A stretch of DNA of 64,000 bases from Octopus vulgaris (GCA_951406725.2 OX597826.1:66092001-66156000), one strand, 5' to 3'. Positions 12,690 to 27,855 are shown, counted from the stretch's first letter. Numbers and translations: made by a program. The notes: generated from the letters alone by a model not told the origin.

Positions 12690-13600
12690 GAACCATTGCA
12701 AGTCAACTCCTGCAGAAAAGGCGTGAACAGTGTCTAAAGACCAGACGGCCACCGTTTCTGGCCAGAAGGATTGCTGCAGCTTGGGGGACATAACCAGGGG
12801 AGAAGAGAGAGGAGTAGTTCGGAAACGCCTAACTGGAGGTAGCATGAGCTCAGCCAGATTTCGAGGAACAGAGGTCATAATCAATAAGCATATGTAGAAT
12901 ATGTACCGCCTAGAATAGCCAATGGATTTGTTGCGGCCACGCTCAATCGCTTTCTATACAAGCTTATACTGCACGCCCAAAAGAATCGCCTGGAGCGGAC
13001 CACTCCGCTTTCAATCCCAGTTACCTCCTGCCCATTATAGTTGTGGTATAAAAGTGGAGAGAAAACAGCAAACTCGTGGCTCAGTGACTGGAGAGTATCT
13101 GTGAGCAACTTTATGGTAATAAGTCGAGATCCTATCGTAATAATAATTGTTCAGAGCTCAAATATGTTCTGATCATGAAGAGATGGGTTACATATCGGGA
13201 TGTGGTTTAACTATGTTAAGGATGTGTCTCAGCCATGGAAGTGCCTTGTTGATAGTGAAACCCAACATTATTAAGTCTCCTGACGCCTGCTGTCATGATT
13301 TCGTGATATGAGTAGCATTTGGGCTTTATTTCGTTGCTTTATATTTGCATTCGTATATTGAATTGAAAGAAACTCTATTGGATTACTCCTAATCAAGGAT
13401 AATTTGGTGGTCTCTGTTCATGACATCAGTGCGATTTTGTTGTCTGAGATGCGAGTGGATGATGCGTTGTTGGGGATTTGAAGAACGGAGGATAGTATCG
13501 TTTGTATAAGAGTGGGCGTTGTCGGTCGTAATGGCAAGTAGGTCATTGATGTAGAGAAGGAATACATTGTACAGCCGTCCAAAAATGTAACCACCTTTCA
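12690..13600 (-). mobile_element. Degenerate CR1/Jockey-group LINE RT and 3' relic
   Basis: FLLYINDLL.....AHSYTNDT (decayed YADD region). Confidence 0.55.
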
Positions 13601-13689
13601 AAGCAGCCTAATGTTATTGCTAAAAGAATACACAATGTCATCTATGGTAAAGATTGCCTTGGGTTAAATATAGAAAATTCTTCTGTTAT

Positions 13690-13898
13690 TGAGTAAATAC
13701 ATGCAAAATGAATATTGGTGGGACATTCTCAGCAAGACTTCTACCAAGTGCAAGCAATACGAGCCTCATATAATTGCTAGGAATAGAAAAGACAACTTGT
13801 CTAGTTGTAGAGCTTAGTTGCCCCAAATCGACGAGAAAGGCGAAATTTACGGACATTTGACTCGAAGCCTACGACTTTTCGACACATAAATTTATTAC

Positions 13899-13938
<40 letters not shown>

Positions 13939-14750
13939 ACACACACACACATATACACACATACACACACAATTATTAGTGCATTCGACTATGTTAGTTA
14001 ATGCCTAAGGGTCAATCTTAAAAAAACTAGGGTTTCCGAGAAAAAAGAAAAAAAAGAGACCAACGAACACGCATTTTGCAAATAGATGTTGAAAAGTTCC
14101 AGGCTTCGGGTAAAAGAAAATACAGAAGGATCAGTTAATTATGATTTTATTCAACATATTCCCTTCCCAAATTCACACCCTTATTGCAGCAGTCCTTCGG
14201 TTTTTCTAAACCCTATAAAAGAACACGGAAGGTCTTTCGCGATACCCTTAAAGCCAGGAACTTTTCAGCAGCCCCTCGTATAATCTGTTAGTGGAACAGT
14301 ACACATAAGCAGGCTTGTTTTAAGGTTCAACACATCACTCTTTACTATGTTGTAAACTAAATTCCAACAACGGGTCCGCGTTTATTTGTTAGAAACCAGC
14401 TCTTTCCTTATATGAAGAATGCATACGTACATACATACATACTCTGAAAGATATATTTTTGCAACAGGAGCACGAAACGGCTATGAAATACCTAATGCAC
14501 GAAAGAGATAGGAATACTGGTAAAACACTTGGATGTGGCAACTAATACACCATCTGTGGAACATTGAGGATGCCTCCCACATCATTAGTTGCTATCCGAA
14601 AATGTCCACACGATATTACCTACTTATGAGACACGATGCTGTGGTCAGAACTTTATGTAATGAAATCCGCAGAAAGAATAATCTTGGGCAGGGAAACATA
14701 AGGAACTACAGAGATACTGAGGGAATAATCACTCATAGTATGAAAGAATA
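13690..14750 (+). mobile_element. R4/Dong-like RLE LINE fragments, interrupted
   Basis: SHIISCYPKMSTRYYLLMRHDAVVRTL (CCHC-adjacent RHD motif) and sequence similar to 1225-2020. Confidence 0.55.
14086..14279. mobile_element. mariner-derived MITE
   Basis: TGTTGAAAAGTTCCAGGCTT / AAGCCAGGAACTTTTCAGCAGCCCCTCG-TA inverted termini. Confidence 0.65.
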
Positions 14751-15809
14751 TTCTTTTCTACTCAAGGCACAAGGCTCGAAATTTTGGGGGAGGGGGCCAG
14801 TCGATTAGCTCGACCCCAGTACGCAACTGGTACTTAATTTATCGACCCCAAAAGGATGAAAAACAAAGTCGACATTGGCGGAATTTTAACTCAGAACGTA
14901 ACGGCAGACAAAATACCGCTAAGCATTTTGCCCAGAGTGCTAACGTTTCTGCCAGCTCGCCGCCTTTGAAAGAATATTGACACGAAGACCTTAGGGGAAA
15001 TGTATGCAAACCAGATAAAATATAGTGATTTGGGGCTGAGGATGAACTTTATGCACAATAGTGAAATTCAATTGCTCGGCACATGTTAACATAATATTGA
15101 TTTCAAATTTAGGCACAAGGCCAGCAATTTCGGGGGAGAAAGTAAGACGATTAGCTCGTCCCCAGTGCTCAACTGGTACTTATTTTATCGACTCCAGAAG
15201 GACGAAAGGTAAAGTCGACCTCGGTGGAATTTGAACTCAGGCGTTTTGCTCGGAGTGCTAACGATTCTGCCAGCTCGCCGCCTTCAAATGTTAATATGAT
15301 ACTAAAAGAATGGTGGTGGCTAAGCTGGTAGAAATGTTAACGAGTTGACTACGTTGTGAGTTCAAATTCCGCCGAGGTCGACTTTGCCTTACATCCTTTC
15401 GGGGTCGATAAATTAAGTACCAGTTACGCACTGGGGTCGATGTAATCGACTTAATACCTATGTCTGTCCTTGTTTGTCCCCTCTGTGTTTAGCCCCTTGT
15501 GGGTAATAAAGAAATAGGTATTTCTTCCGTTTTATTACGTTCTGTGTTCAAATTCCGCTTAGGTCAACTTTGAATAAGGCAGCGAGCCGGTTGAATGGTT
15601 ACTGCGTCGCACAAAGTGCTTTTACGATTGGAAATCCAAATGTGCAACCACTAGGCCGTGAGCTTTCACTTAGAGCAGGGCTGGGCAACCTGAGGCCCGC
15701 AGACTTTTATCTTGCGGCTTGCTAGATACTTTCTTGAAGTATTGTGTTTAATTACAAAATAAAATTGTGTAAAACATTTGTCTAAAAATAAAATATATGT
15801 GTGTGTGTG

Positions 15810-15869
<60 letters not shown>

Positions 15870-15980
15870 TGTATGTATATAGATATAGATATATACCTAT
15901 ATATGTATGCATATATATAGACATGTATATATGTATATAGGTACAGATATATACCTACATATGTATATGTGCGTGTTTTA

Positions 15981-16018
15981 TCTTTCTGTAGAAGAGCGTA
16001 GGCTCGAAACGTAAAAGA
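15981..16018 (+). ncRNA. Hammerhead-like motif with atypical core (CTGTAGAA) inside a short repeat (~15965-16110)
   Basis: TCTTT/AAAGA stem I, GAGC-GTAG-GCTC stem II, GAAA-CG-TA; a second, more decayed copy lies at ~39205-39243. Confidence 0.45.
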
Positions 16019-16336
16019 CTTTTTCTATTCCTGAGCGCTATACTAATACATTTGTTTGTTTATACACCACCTGCCTTCGTCTTTTGTTTATTCTCGTAAA
16101 CTTTCCCTTTATATATATATATATATATTAATGGGGAGCAGGTTTTGGGGTCTAACGATGCGCCATAAAGCTAAACCCTTTATGGACGGGAAACCCACTG
16201 TAATCCCATAAACCGGCCTTCCCCATTAAAATATAATTTGCTCTACATCTTAGTGTGTGCTTCTTCTCTGGATTTATATTTTATACAAACGATGTATATA
16301 TACATATGTATATGTATATGTATGTATGTATATATG

Positions 16337-16442
<106 letters not shown>

Positions 16443-16824
16443 TATGTATATGCTACTCTACCTTTGGTATTCGAGTACTATTTTTTCCACCTAGTTTTAC
16501 CTTTATGTGCTCAATTTTAAGTATACACGCGCACGCCCACTTGTATATGTGTGTGCACGCGCGAGCGCGTGATATATATATATGAGAGAGAGAGAGAAAG
16601 AGAAAGCGAGAGGTGGTAGAGGCGAGATACGCACGCATATAAATATGTTTATAGAATGATATGCCCAGTACTGTAATAATATCTATAAGGGTTGTTGATG
16701 TCTTACGAAACATCTCCGATATTCAAACACACTATGAATGACCTGGTTACAGTTTCGTGCTTCGCTGCTTCAATTACAACTCCACCTCTCTATATCTCTC
16801 TCTGTCTCTCTCTTCCTTGCTCTG

Positions 16825-16863
<39 letters not shown>

Positions 16864-17824
16864 CTCTCTTTCTCTTCTCTTTTCTTTCTCTCTTTCTATC
16901 TTTCTCACTTTCTTTCTTTCACTCTCTCCTTCTTTCACACTCTCATACGCATACTTCTTTTCTTTCTGTCTTTCTCTCTCGCTTTCTTTCTTTTATTCGT
17001 CTTGTTCTTCTTATGTTGCTTGTTCTTTGTAGTTACGAAAGTAAGGTAATGCGTCTCTTGTTTCTAGTTCATCCAGATGTTATGACATACCAGATCAGCA
17101 ACCATGTTATTCTCTCAATTTTCTTGACAAATAACTCAATCAGCGGCCATGTTGTTCTCCCGATTTTCTTGAGAAATATCTCTGGACCAAAACAACTCCA
17201 CCGCTTTACTAATTCAACTGTTTGAAGTCTAGAAATGAATAGTTGAATGGATAATGCGGAACAGTATTTAGACACGGCAGGGCCCTAAACTGTGGGATCA
17301 ATGCAGGGGCTATTTGGCAATTGTTAGTAAAAACTAAATAACTTAACATAAATATGTAATATGAAAACATATTTATGCATTGTTGTAAATCAATAAAAAT
17401 CTTACACGGTTGGGTAAATAAATACAGCCCTCCCCACCAGATAATCGGCTGATTTGCTTAATGTCAATTAGGTAAATTATGTTCAGTTATTATGTGGGAA
17501 ATATAAAGATGGCGAGGTGCCGGTGTACTATGCGATCTACATACATGTTTCTGGTATAGCTTGTGATCTACATCAGTTCAAACTTTTTGATCTACATTTA
17601 AAATTCATCTATTTACTCGACTTCCGGTTGGTTTGGTATATAAACCAAAAAGACTTGATCCATGGTTTTTCGGACTTAAAAATGGCTTAGATTATCGCTA
17701 TTTTTGTGTTCCAAAAAGAGACAGAGCTATTCTTGAGCCAATTATCCTAAGAGAAGTGCAAGCAGGCTCTGTCAGCCACTCAGACGAATGACCGGCACAT
17801 TCGAATCTACATAGATGTTACATC

Positions 17825-19066
<1,242 letters not shown>

Positions 19067-19194
19067 CATCCATTCCAGCGTCAACCACCAGCAAAGCTAT
19101 CTTATTTGTCAAGATGGAACACATACGCAGAACACTGAGCGGTCACGGCTAGAAGCTAAGATTTGTCTTCTCAAAAAAAAAAAAAACCAGCAAT

Positions 19195-19366
19195 AGGCGC
19201 AGGAGTGGCTGTGTGGTAAGTAGCTCGCTTACCAACCACATGGTTCCGGGTTCAGTCCCACTGCGTGGCATCTTGGGCAAGTGTCTTCTGCTATAGCCCC
19301 GGGCCGACCAATGCCTTGTGAGTGGATTTGGTAGACGGAAACTGAAAGAAGCCTGTCGTATATATG

Positions 19367-19399
<33 letters not shown>

Positions 19400-19595
19400 T
19401 TGTCCCCCTAGCATTTCTTGACAACCGATGCTGGTGTGTTTACGTCCCCGTCACTTAGCGGTTCGGCGAAAGAGACCGAAAGAATAAGTACTGGGCTTAC
19501 AAAGAATAAGTCCTGGGGTCGATTTGCTCGACTAAAGGCGGTGCTCCAGCATGGCCGCAGTCAAATGACTGAAACAAGTAAAAGAATAAAAGAAA
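19195..19595 (+). mobile_element. SINE family A, full length, CpG-intact
   Basis: AGGCGCAGGAGTGGCTGTGTGG head, GGTTCAGTCCC B box, conserved body and A-rich tail. Confidence 0.9.
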
Positions 19596-20655
19596 AAAGA
19601 AAGTATTCCATTGCAAACATTTCAATCTCATTTCGATTTCATTTGTTGGAAGATTTTAAGATCAAATAAGTAAAATCTCTTTATTGCATTGACAAACCAC
19701 GAAATATACACCACCGGAAGTTCTTGTTGACAAACAACAGCAGTAATTTTATTCAGCTAAATACACGTCATTGATTGGTTGAAATTACCGAAATACGACT
19801 ACTTTAACGTGAAATAACTTCGTAAATATAAGTTTTTCTCAAAAATGCTAAGAGTAGAAGATGTTTTATATGACACATTCTACCAGTGCCCGAAGTTTGA
19901 AAGTGTTTAGTAACAAAAAATTATATTTTAATTCTGTTGGTCAAAAGGTAAAGATCCCAAAAAGTTCCCTGATCCCTGGTCAACACCTTTCCCTCTCCTT
20001 TCTCTTTCCTTCTCATTTTTTTCTTCTCGCCTGCGCACGCACTCGTGTCCTCTTTCGTGTAACTTACTAGAGATCGTTTGTTCCTTCTCGAACCACGCCT
20101 GGCTCATAAGGGCCGATTTCCCGGTTTCATTGGCGTGTAGGATCCCCACCAGGACGAGACGCCGGTCTGTCGCAGGTGAGCTGCTAGATGCAGGAGAAAA
20201 GAATGAGAGAAAGTCGTGACGAAAGAGTCAGCAGAAGTTCGCCATTACCTTCTGCTGGAACCGCGTGGAGCTTAGGGGTTTCGCTCGTAAACACACGTAT
20301 CGCCCGGTCTGAGATTCGAAACCGCGATTCCTCGACCAGGAGTCCGCTACTCTAACCATTAAGCCACGTGATGCCACACTAGAGGTTAAGTAATTGTTAT
20401 TGAAGTAACCCTAGAGTTAGTGCTAGGAGTATGACAAATAAATATTGCGTGAATCTAAAGATGCACTCAACCTAGACACCTTACGCCATCTATTTTCTCT
20501 TTTAGCATTCCATCACTAAGTACCAGACATCAAAGGGACAATCCATTTTCTATGCATTTACAAATGGCCGGTGTCCCAATCTTCAAACACCTTTCATGGC
20601 GATTTCACATATAGGACATTTTCAAAACTACATCATACACAAACAGCTTCTTTTT

Positions 20656-20687
<32 letters not shown>

Positions 20688-21002
20688 CACACATTCTCAT
20701 TCTACCTCTCTTTCTCTCTCTTTTCCTCCTTCTTTCTTGTTCCCCTTCTTTCTCTCTTTCCTTCTTCCCCTCTCTCTTTCTCCTTCTCTCTCTCTCTCTC
20801 TCTCTGTCGTTCTCCTTCTCTGCCGCTCTCCCTCTCTGTTGTTCTTCTTCCCTTTCTTTCCCCCCCTTTCTCGTTCTCTTTAACTCATTCTCACTCTTAT
20901 GTTCTCCCTCTCTCTGTTTCTCCTTCTCTTCATTCCTCTCACTCTCCCTCTCGTTCTCCCCCCTCTCTCTCTCTCATTCTCCTTTTCTGTCTTATTCTCC
21001 CT

Positions 21003-21040
<38 letters not shown>

Positions 21041-21097
21041 CTCCCTCTCACATTCACATCTCTCCCATCAATTGCCTTACACTCACATTTCAAGTAA

Positions 21098-21895
21098 AAC
21101 CCACATTAGAGTACTGTTCTCATACCCAGACAGAGCAGCTTTCACACACACAAACACTCACACAAACACACACACACACACACACTCGCACCTCCTCCCC
21201 CGCACACATCTTAAACCAACATTACACTACTCCTCAAATATCTGGGACAGAGCCGCTCATACACACACAATCATTCTGTACCCATATTAAAGTACAGCTC
21301 ATGTCTGGGACGGTGCTGCGAACACACAAAGAACATTCTAGACCATACCATCGCTCACATGCCTGGGGGGCACTGTTGCTCTGACACGCACGCGCGCACG
21401 GGCACAGACATCCTAATTCACATTGGAGTGTTGCTCACCTGCCTGGGACACTGTTGCTCTTATAAACACACACACACACACTCATACATACAAACACACT
21501 CATACATACACACACTCATACATACAAACACACTCACACACACACATCGTAACTCACAATGGAGCGTTGCTCCCATGCCTGGGACTGTGATGCTTTTATA
21601 AACACACACACACACATAAACACACAAACACACACACACATCTTAACTCACAGTGGAGTGTTGCTCATATGCTTGAGACAGTGTTCCTCTCACACACACA
21701 AACACACACACACGCGCGCACATACACACACACAAACACACACACGCGCGCACAAACACACACACACACATACACACACATACACACATAAACATCCTAG
21801 CTCACATTGGAGCGTTGCTCACATGCCTGGGCAGTGTTGCTCTTACATGCACACACACACACACTGCTCACATGCCTTGCACAGTGTTGCCCTTA
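21098..21895. repeat. Compound minisatellite: ~45-nt conserved block alternating with (CA)n spacers
   Basis: CTCACATTGGAGYGTTGCTCACATGCCTGGGACASTGTTGCTCT-like blocks at ~21415, 21550, 21644 and 21798, with degenerate copies at ~21098, 21225, 21295, 21352 and 21865. Confidence 0.8.
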
Positions 21896-22009
21896 CACAT
21901 GCACATGAGGATCTCCAGACCCACATTACAAACCTGGGACAAATACACATCCCAGACCACATCCAAAAGAATGATATTTAACAGATTGGTAAAAATTAAC
22001 GCAGCAATG

Positions 22010-22088
22010 AACTATAACCATTGGTTTACATACCAATTAACTATAACCATTGGTTTACATACCAATTAACTATAACCATTGGTTTACA
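22010..22088. repeat. Perfect 29-bp tandem repeat x2.7
   Basis: AACTATAACCATTGGTTTACATACCAATT units. Confidence 0.9.
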
Positions 22089-23820
22089 GACTCGCTGCTT
22101 TTGATCACAGTCACTTCTTTCGCCATTGCAACGATCTTCGTACCTCTGAACTAGCAGGCAGCATGACACATATTTTGGCTCTCTTGACCATTCCATTCCC
22201 CGCATTGGTTCACTCGACATATTACTTCTGTTTTGACGCATTTAATATATCATCTCTTCTTTGACTTTCTTGACATGTCACCTCTGCTATGGCCCACTTA
22301 ATATCTCTGACTTCTTCGACTTTCTTCGCATGTCACCTCTGCTATATCCCACTTGGTATCCCCAACTCACTTACTCTCGCCATCTCTGCCGTAAGTTGGT
22401 GCACATCTAGTATCTTTCACTAAATATTTTACCCAATTCTTTGGAACCACAACTATATTTTTCTGGAATTTTCTCCTTGCAGGTTTTTTTTTTACATAGT
22501 GAAATTCAAACTGAAAATCAGGTGCGTCGACCTTACCAGTATGGGAAAGCCTAAAAGGATCAAAGGCTTTGTTTCACCCCTCTTAAATTCATTAATCTAC
22601 ATAAAATCCACATGAAAGGGATATATGTATAAATCTATGCGCGTATGTTGAGCATGTGTGAGTGCATGTTTTCGTCTCTCAGTCGGTATACGTGTGTGTG
22701 TGTAAAATCAGTTGACCATTCACTACGTCCCTACTCAGAATTTCATGCCACTTGTGGTCGATCAAGTAATGTAGAAATTAAATTAAAAGTTATATTTACG
22801 TGATACCACTTCAGCCAATTCTAATTGGTCGAAAGCGATCAGGGAGTCAGTTTATGTTGCACCCTTGTAGATAATGTTACTACTGCTACTTTTTACTATT
22901 GTCATGAAGGAGACAGCACTCTGGTTTGGTCAGCGGTTGGGGAAGGAGACGAGGAAACGATTCGGAGTGCCGACTTTGATGATTTAGCAGATCCAACCAA
23001 TTCTCCAGAAAAATAAAAGATATTCAATAGAAGCAATTTCCTGTGACGACAGGTAGAGACCAGCTCTACCTTTCAGTTCAATGACTAACGTTCAACCACA
23101 GGTCCATTTCTGGATCGCCATTTCTCCATCCAGGTTTCGTCATTCCTTTTCAGCCATATCCAATGGCTGGACCTGTCAACTGTCACCTGGTTTTCCTTCA
23201 AGATAGCATTTCTTTGCTGATGTTGGACACCAATTGATAGGAACCACCGTCTCAGTCTGGTCTGGTGCATGATGACATCAAAAGACCACTCAATCTTCCC
23301 ATTAATGATAAGAATAGACCCTTTCATCCTCACAGACCTGATGAGAAAATGTTCCTTAACATAGAAGTGTATAAAATGCAATCACAAATACACAATCACA
23401 CACACACACACCTGAACAACACACACGTATTCAAACGTATACATTTTGACACATATATAAGTATGGCCATTTTATTGGACTAGTCTAGAAGAAACAGCCA
23501 TGACTCACAAGCTTTACATTTCTATATAACTTGGCGTCGAAACAAACAAATGTGTGTGCATGAGCACGCGTGAATAAAAGATATTCGTTTGTGAGAAAAT
23601 TGCTCATAAAACTGGAAGGCCGGTAGAAGACGAAAATATATTTCCCCGCTTGAATTGTGCAGCAGTACCTTGTTGCACGCCCTAAGGTAAATGCAGTGAA
23701 CCGAAATGAAGTCAGTTGTAAGCTGATAATCAATGGTTCTATTATTCTCAGGTTGTTTGCAATATAAATTTACATTCATACATACATAAATACACAAATA
23801 TATGTACTCACATATACACA

Positions 23821-23877
<57 letters not shown>

Positions 23878-23887
23878 GTATATTATA

Positions 23888-24443
23888 TTGGGTTGTCCAG
23901 AAACTTTGTGCCGATTTTTAAAGGAAAGAAAAAGGTCAATAAATACTTGCCATTACATTTTTAATCAACCAAATATGAACCATTTTGTTGCACAATGCGT
24001 CTCCTTCTTTCCTTTAACTTGAAAATACCCTCTTTCCAGAATTGAGGTGGTTTCATGGCAAAGAATTCATCAAGGTATCTTTTCACGTCATCCAAGGAAT
24101 TGAACTTTTTACCATTAAGACTATTCTGCAGAGACCTGAATAAGTGGAAATCTGAAGGAGCAATATCTGGTGAATATGGAGGATGGGGTAACACATCCCA
24201 GCCAAGATTCAGCAATTTTTGTCTAGTTCCCAAAGTATCAAGTGCCGAAAATCATCTTTCTTATCTTCCATTTTAAAGGGTTACAGAATTAACACCGGTT
24301 ATAGGAACATAAACCTTCTTCAACGAAAAGACAGCTTAAACTATGCTCTAAATGGAGGTGTAGTCAAATCCTATTTCATAGACTCAATCATCAGTCGAAA
24401 GGTAAGCTACTATAAATCGGCACGAACTCTCAGGACAACCCAA
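23888..24443 (-). mobile_element. Internally deleted mariner, 556 bp
   Basis: TIRs TTGGGTTGTCC...GTGCCGATTT with TA on both sides; N-terminus MEDKKDDFRHLILWE fused to C-terminus LGWDVLPHPPYSPDIAPSDFHLFRSLQN. Confidence 0.92.
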
Positions 24444-24834
24444 TATAAGGTATGAAAACAAAGGTGCACAAGCACGCGTTTGCGTGTGTGTATCAGTGGT
24501 TAGAGTATTCGACTCACGATCGCAAGATCGCGAGTTCGATTGCAGGCGATGTATTGTGTCCTTGGGCAAGACACTTTATTTTCCCTTATCCCAGTCCACT
24601 CAGCTGGCAAAAATGAGTTGTACTTGTAATTCAAAAGGGTCCAGCCTAGTTACATTCTTTGTCCCGCTGAATCTCTTTGAGAACTACGTAAGGGGCCACG
24701 TGTCTGTGGAGTACTCAACCACTTGCACTTTAATTTCACGAGCAGGCTGTTCCGTTGATCGGAACAACCGGAACACTTGTCGTAACCGACGGAGTTCCAT
24801 CAATATATTACAATATGTATGTAGGTATGTATGT

Positions 24835-25105
24835 AATAAGCAATGTATGTATGCATGTATGTATGTATGTATGTATGTATGTATGTATGTATGTATGTAT
24901 GTATGTATGTATGTATGTATTTATGCATGTATATGTGTATGCATGTATGTATGTATGTATGTATGCATGTATGTATGCATGCATGCATGTATGTATGTAT
25001 GTATGTATGTATGTATGTATGTATGTATGTATGCATGCATGTATGTATGTATGTATGTATGTATGTATGTATGTATGTATGTATGTATGTATGTATGTAT
25101 GTACG
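24835..25105. repeat. (TATG)n microsatellite
   Basis: Long tetranucleotide array with TGCA interruptions. Confidence 0.9.
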
Positions 25106-25461
25106 TACATAGGTACGTACGTGTGTGTGTGTGTGTACATTTGGGAAAATGAATAGATGCGGCTTTTCTGATGATTTTTCATTTTAATAATTCGCTGTTT
25201 ATAAAATTCACCGATTAATTTATAAACATCTAATTATTCAAGTGGAAAAATTATCAGAAAAGCCATTTTATTCATTTTTCCAAATATAGAATACTGTACC
25301 AAGGACTTTCTATTTCTTATTCTACGATGTATATACATGTATGTAAGTTGTATGTATGTAGTATGTATATGTATGTTTAGTAATGTATGCGTGTGCGTAT
25401 GCGTGTGTGTGTGTGTGCGTAAGTGTGTGTTTGTGCGCGCACGTAAGTGTGTGTAGGTATG

Positions 25462-25496
<35 letters not shown>

Positions 25497-25498
<2 letters not shown>

Positions 25499-25917
25499 TC
25501 TTTTTACTCTTACTCTTTTACTTGTTTCAGTCATTTGACTGCGGCCATGCTGGAGCACCGCCTTTAGTCGAGCAAATCGACCCTGGGACTTATTCTTTTG
25601 TAAGCCCAGTACTTATTCTATCGGTGTCTTTTGCCGAACCGCTAAGTGACGGGGACGTAAACATACCAGCATCGGTTGTCAAGCAATGCTAGAGGGACAA
25701 ACACAGACACACAAACATATACACACACATGCATACATAAATATACATATATACGACAGGCTTCTTTTAGTTTCCGTCTACCAAATCCACTCACAAGGCT
25801 TTGGTCGGCCCGAGGCTATAGCAGAAGACACTTGCCCAAGATGCCACGCAGTGGGACTGAACCCGGAACCATGTGGTTGGTTAGCAAGCTACTTACCACA
25901 CAGCCACTCCTGCGCCT
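25497..25917 (-). mobile_element. SINE family A, full length
   Basis: Reverse complement of 19195-19595; further minus-strand copies at 31268-31598, 33297-33430 and 34232-34626. Confidence 0.9.
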
Positions 25918-26571
25918 ATGGGGCTAAACACAGAGGGGACAAACAAGGACAGAGAAAGGGATTAAGTTGATTATATCGACCCCAGTGCGTAACTGGTACT
26001 TAATTTATCGACCCCGAGAGGATGAAAGGCAAAGTATCGACCTCGGCGGAACGTAACGACAGACGAAATACGGCTACGCATTTCGCCCGGCGTGCTAACG
26101 TTTCTGCCAGCTCGCCGCCTGGCGCTGGCGTGGCTGTGTGGTAAGAATCTTGCTTCCCAACCACATGGTTCTGGGTTCTGTTCCGTTGCGTGAAAACACC
26201 TCAAGTTCCACGAGGCTCCAGCAGGGGGATGGGGATGGCGACCCCTGTTGTACTCTTTCGCCACAACTTTCTCTCCTTCTTTCTTCCTGTTTCTTGAGTA
26301 ACGCTGCGATGGACTGGCGTCCCGTCCAGCAGGGTGGAGGAGGGGACACACATGCCACAGAAACCGGGAAACCGGGCCCATGAGCCTGGCTAGGCTTGAA
26401 AAGGGCGCATTAATAAATAAATAACATAATGCAAACGTGTAGCTTTTTTGTGCACTTTGTTTGCAGAAGATAAAGGAATAACAGTAATAACGTTTAATAA
26501 ATGTTGCTTACTGCAAGTTATGGATATTTTACCCCAGTGTCACTTTGATGGTATGCACCGCTCTCTCACTC

Positions 26572-26705
<134 letters not shown>

Positions 26706-26715
26706 TAATAGAAGG

Positions 26716-27003
26716 GAACCGAAAATTATATGAGAATGATCCCTGGCTTACCATCCCTGCAAGAAGTGCAAAAGATTGTCTTAACTGGTACATCACACGT
26801 ATTGAGAAGAGCATTGTCGATGTGAGAACTGTTGCTGCTCATGTATTTTAATTTAACTTTAAAAAATAAAAAAAATAATAAAATGAACGAACTATTGAGT
26901 TTGGTTTAATGGCCTACCAATGTATACTATGAGTTTCTTTGCCCTAGGAGTCGGGAAGATACTCGGCAAGAAATGGAAGCAAACCTGAAAGAAGAAAAAA
27001 AAA

Positions 27004-27080
<77 letters not shown>

Positions 27081-27290
27081 AAGAAGAAGAAGAAGAAGAA
27101 GAACTATTACTACCCATGTATTTTAATTTAACTTTAAAAAAAAATGAACGAACTATTGACTTTAGTTTAATGGCCTACCAATGTATACTATGAGTTTCTT
27201 TGCCCTAGGAGTCGGGAAGATACTCGGCAAGAAATGGAAGCAAATTTGAAAGAAGAAAAAAAAAATAATAATACTAATAATAATAATAAA
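26716..27290 (+). mobile_element. R4/Dong-like LINE 3' end plus duplicated 3' UTR with (AAT)n tails
   Basis: IPGLPSLQEVQKIVLTGTSHVLRRALSM* (TGA 26823-25); UTR ~26839-27000 repeated at ~27113-27265. Confidence 0.75.
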
Positions 27291-27587
27291 TAAAAGATAT
27301 ATACTCATGCACAACAGGACAAAACTTTATAAACAGGAGATAAACTGCAGTGAAAGCAAACCTTTATAACAGGTTTTACAGAGTAACTTAAAATGTTACA
27401 TAACATGTTTTTTTTTATTGAATGAAGACTCAGGAAGTTTTCCTGTAAGAGTCTCTCTCTGAGCGACACGTGACATTTTCACAGTGAAGAAAGAAAAAAA
27501 AAAACAAAATAATAATAAAAGGCAACAACAAATAAGTTACCTTTTCACAAAAGCTAGCTTTGTTTAACCTCAACAGTTGCTAGCTAA

Positions 27588-27761
27588 CACCACCACCACC
27601 ACTGCCACCACCACCACCACCACCACCACCGTCGTCGTCGTCGTCGTCATCATCATCATCATCACCACCATTATCTCCACACCACCACCACCAACACCAC
27701 CACCACCATCATCGTCATCATCATCATCATCATCACCATTATCTCCAAACCACTACCACCA

Positions 27762-27855
<94 letters not shown>

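Noticed and set aside
19195-19270. tRNA-like A/B boxes
   Set aside because: SINE heads; no complete cloverleaf
19149-19669. Recurrent ORFs such as RLPNPLTR...TEPGTMWL and [18 protein letters not shown]
   Set aside because: Chance frames through SINE family A copies, not a gene family
21098-21895. CRISPR-like repeat/spacer look
   Set aside because: Spacers are (CA)n, repeats are degenerate, no cas genes, eukaryotic context
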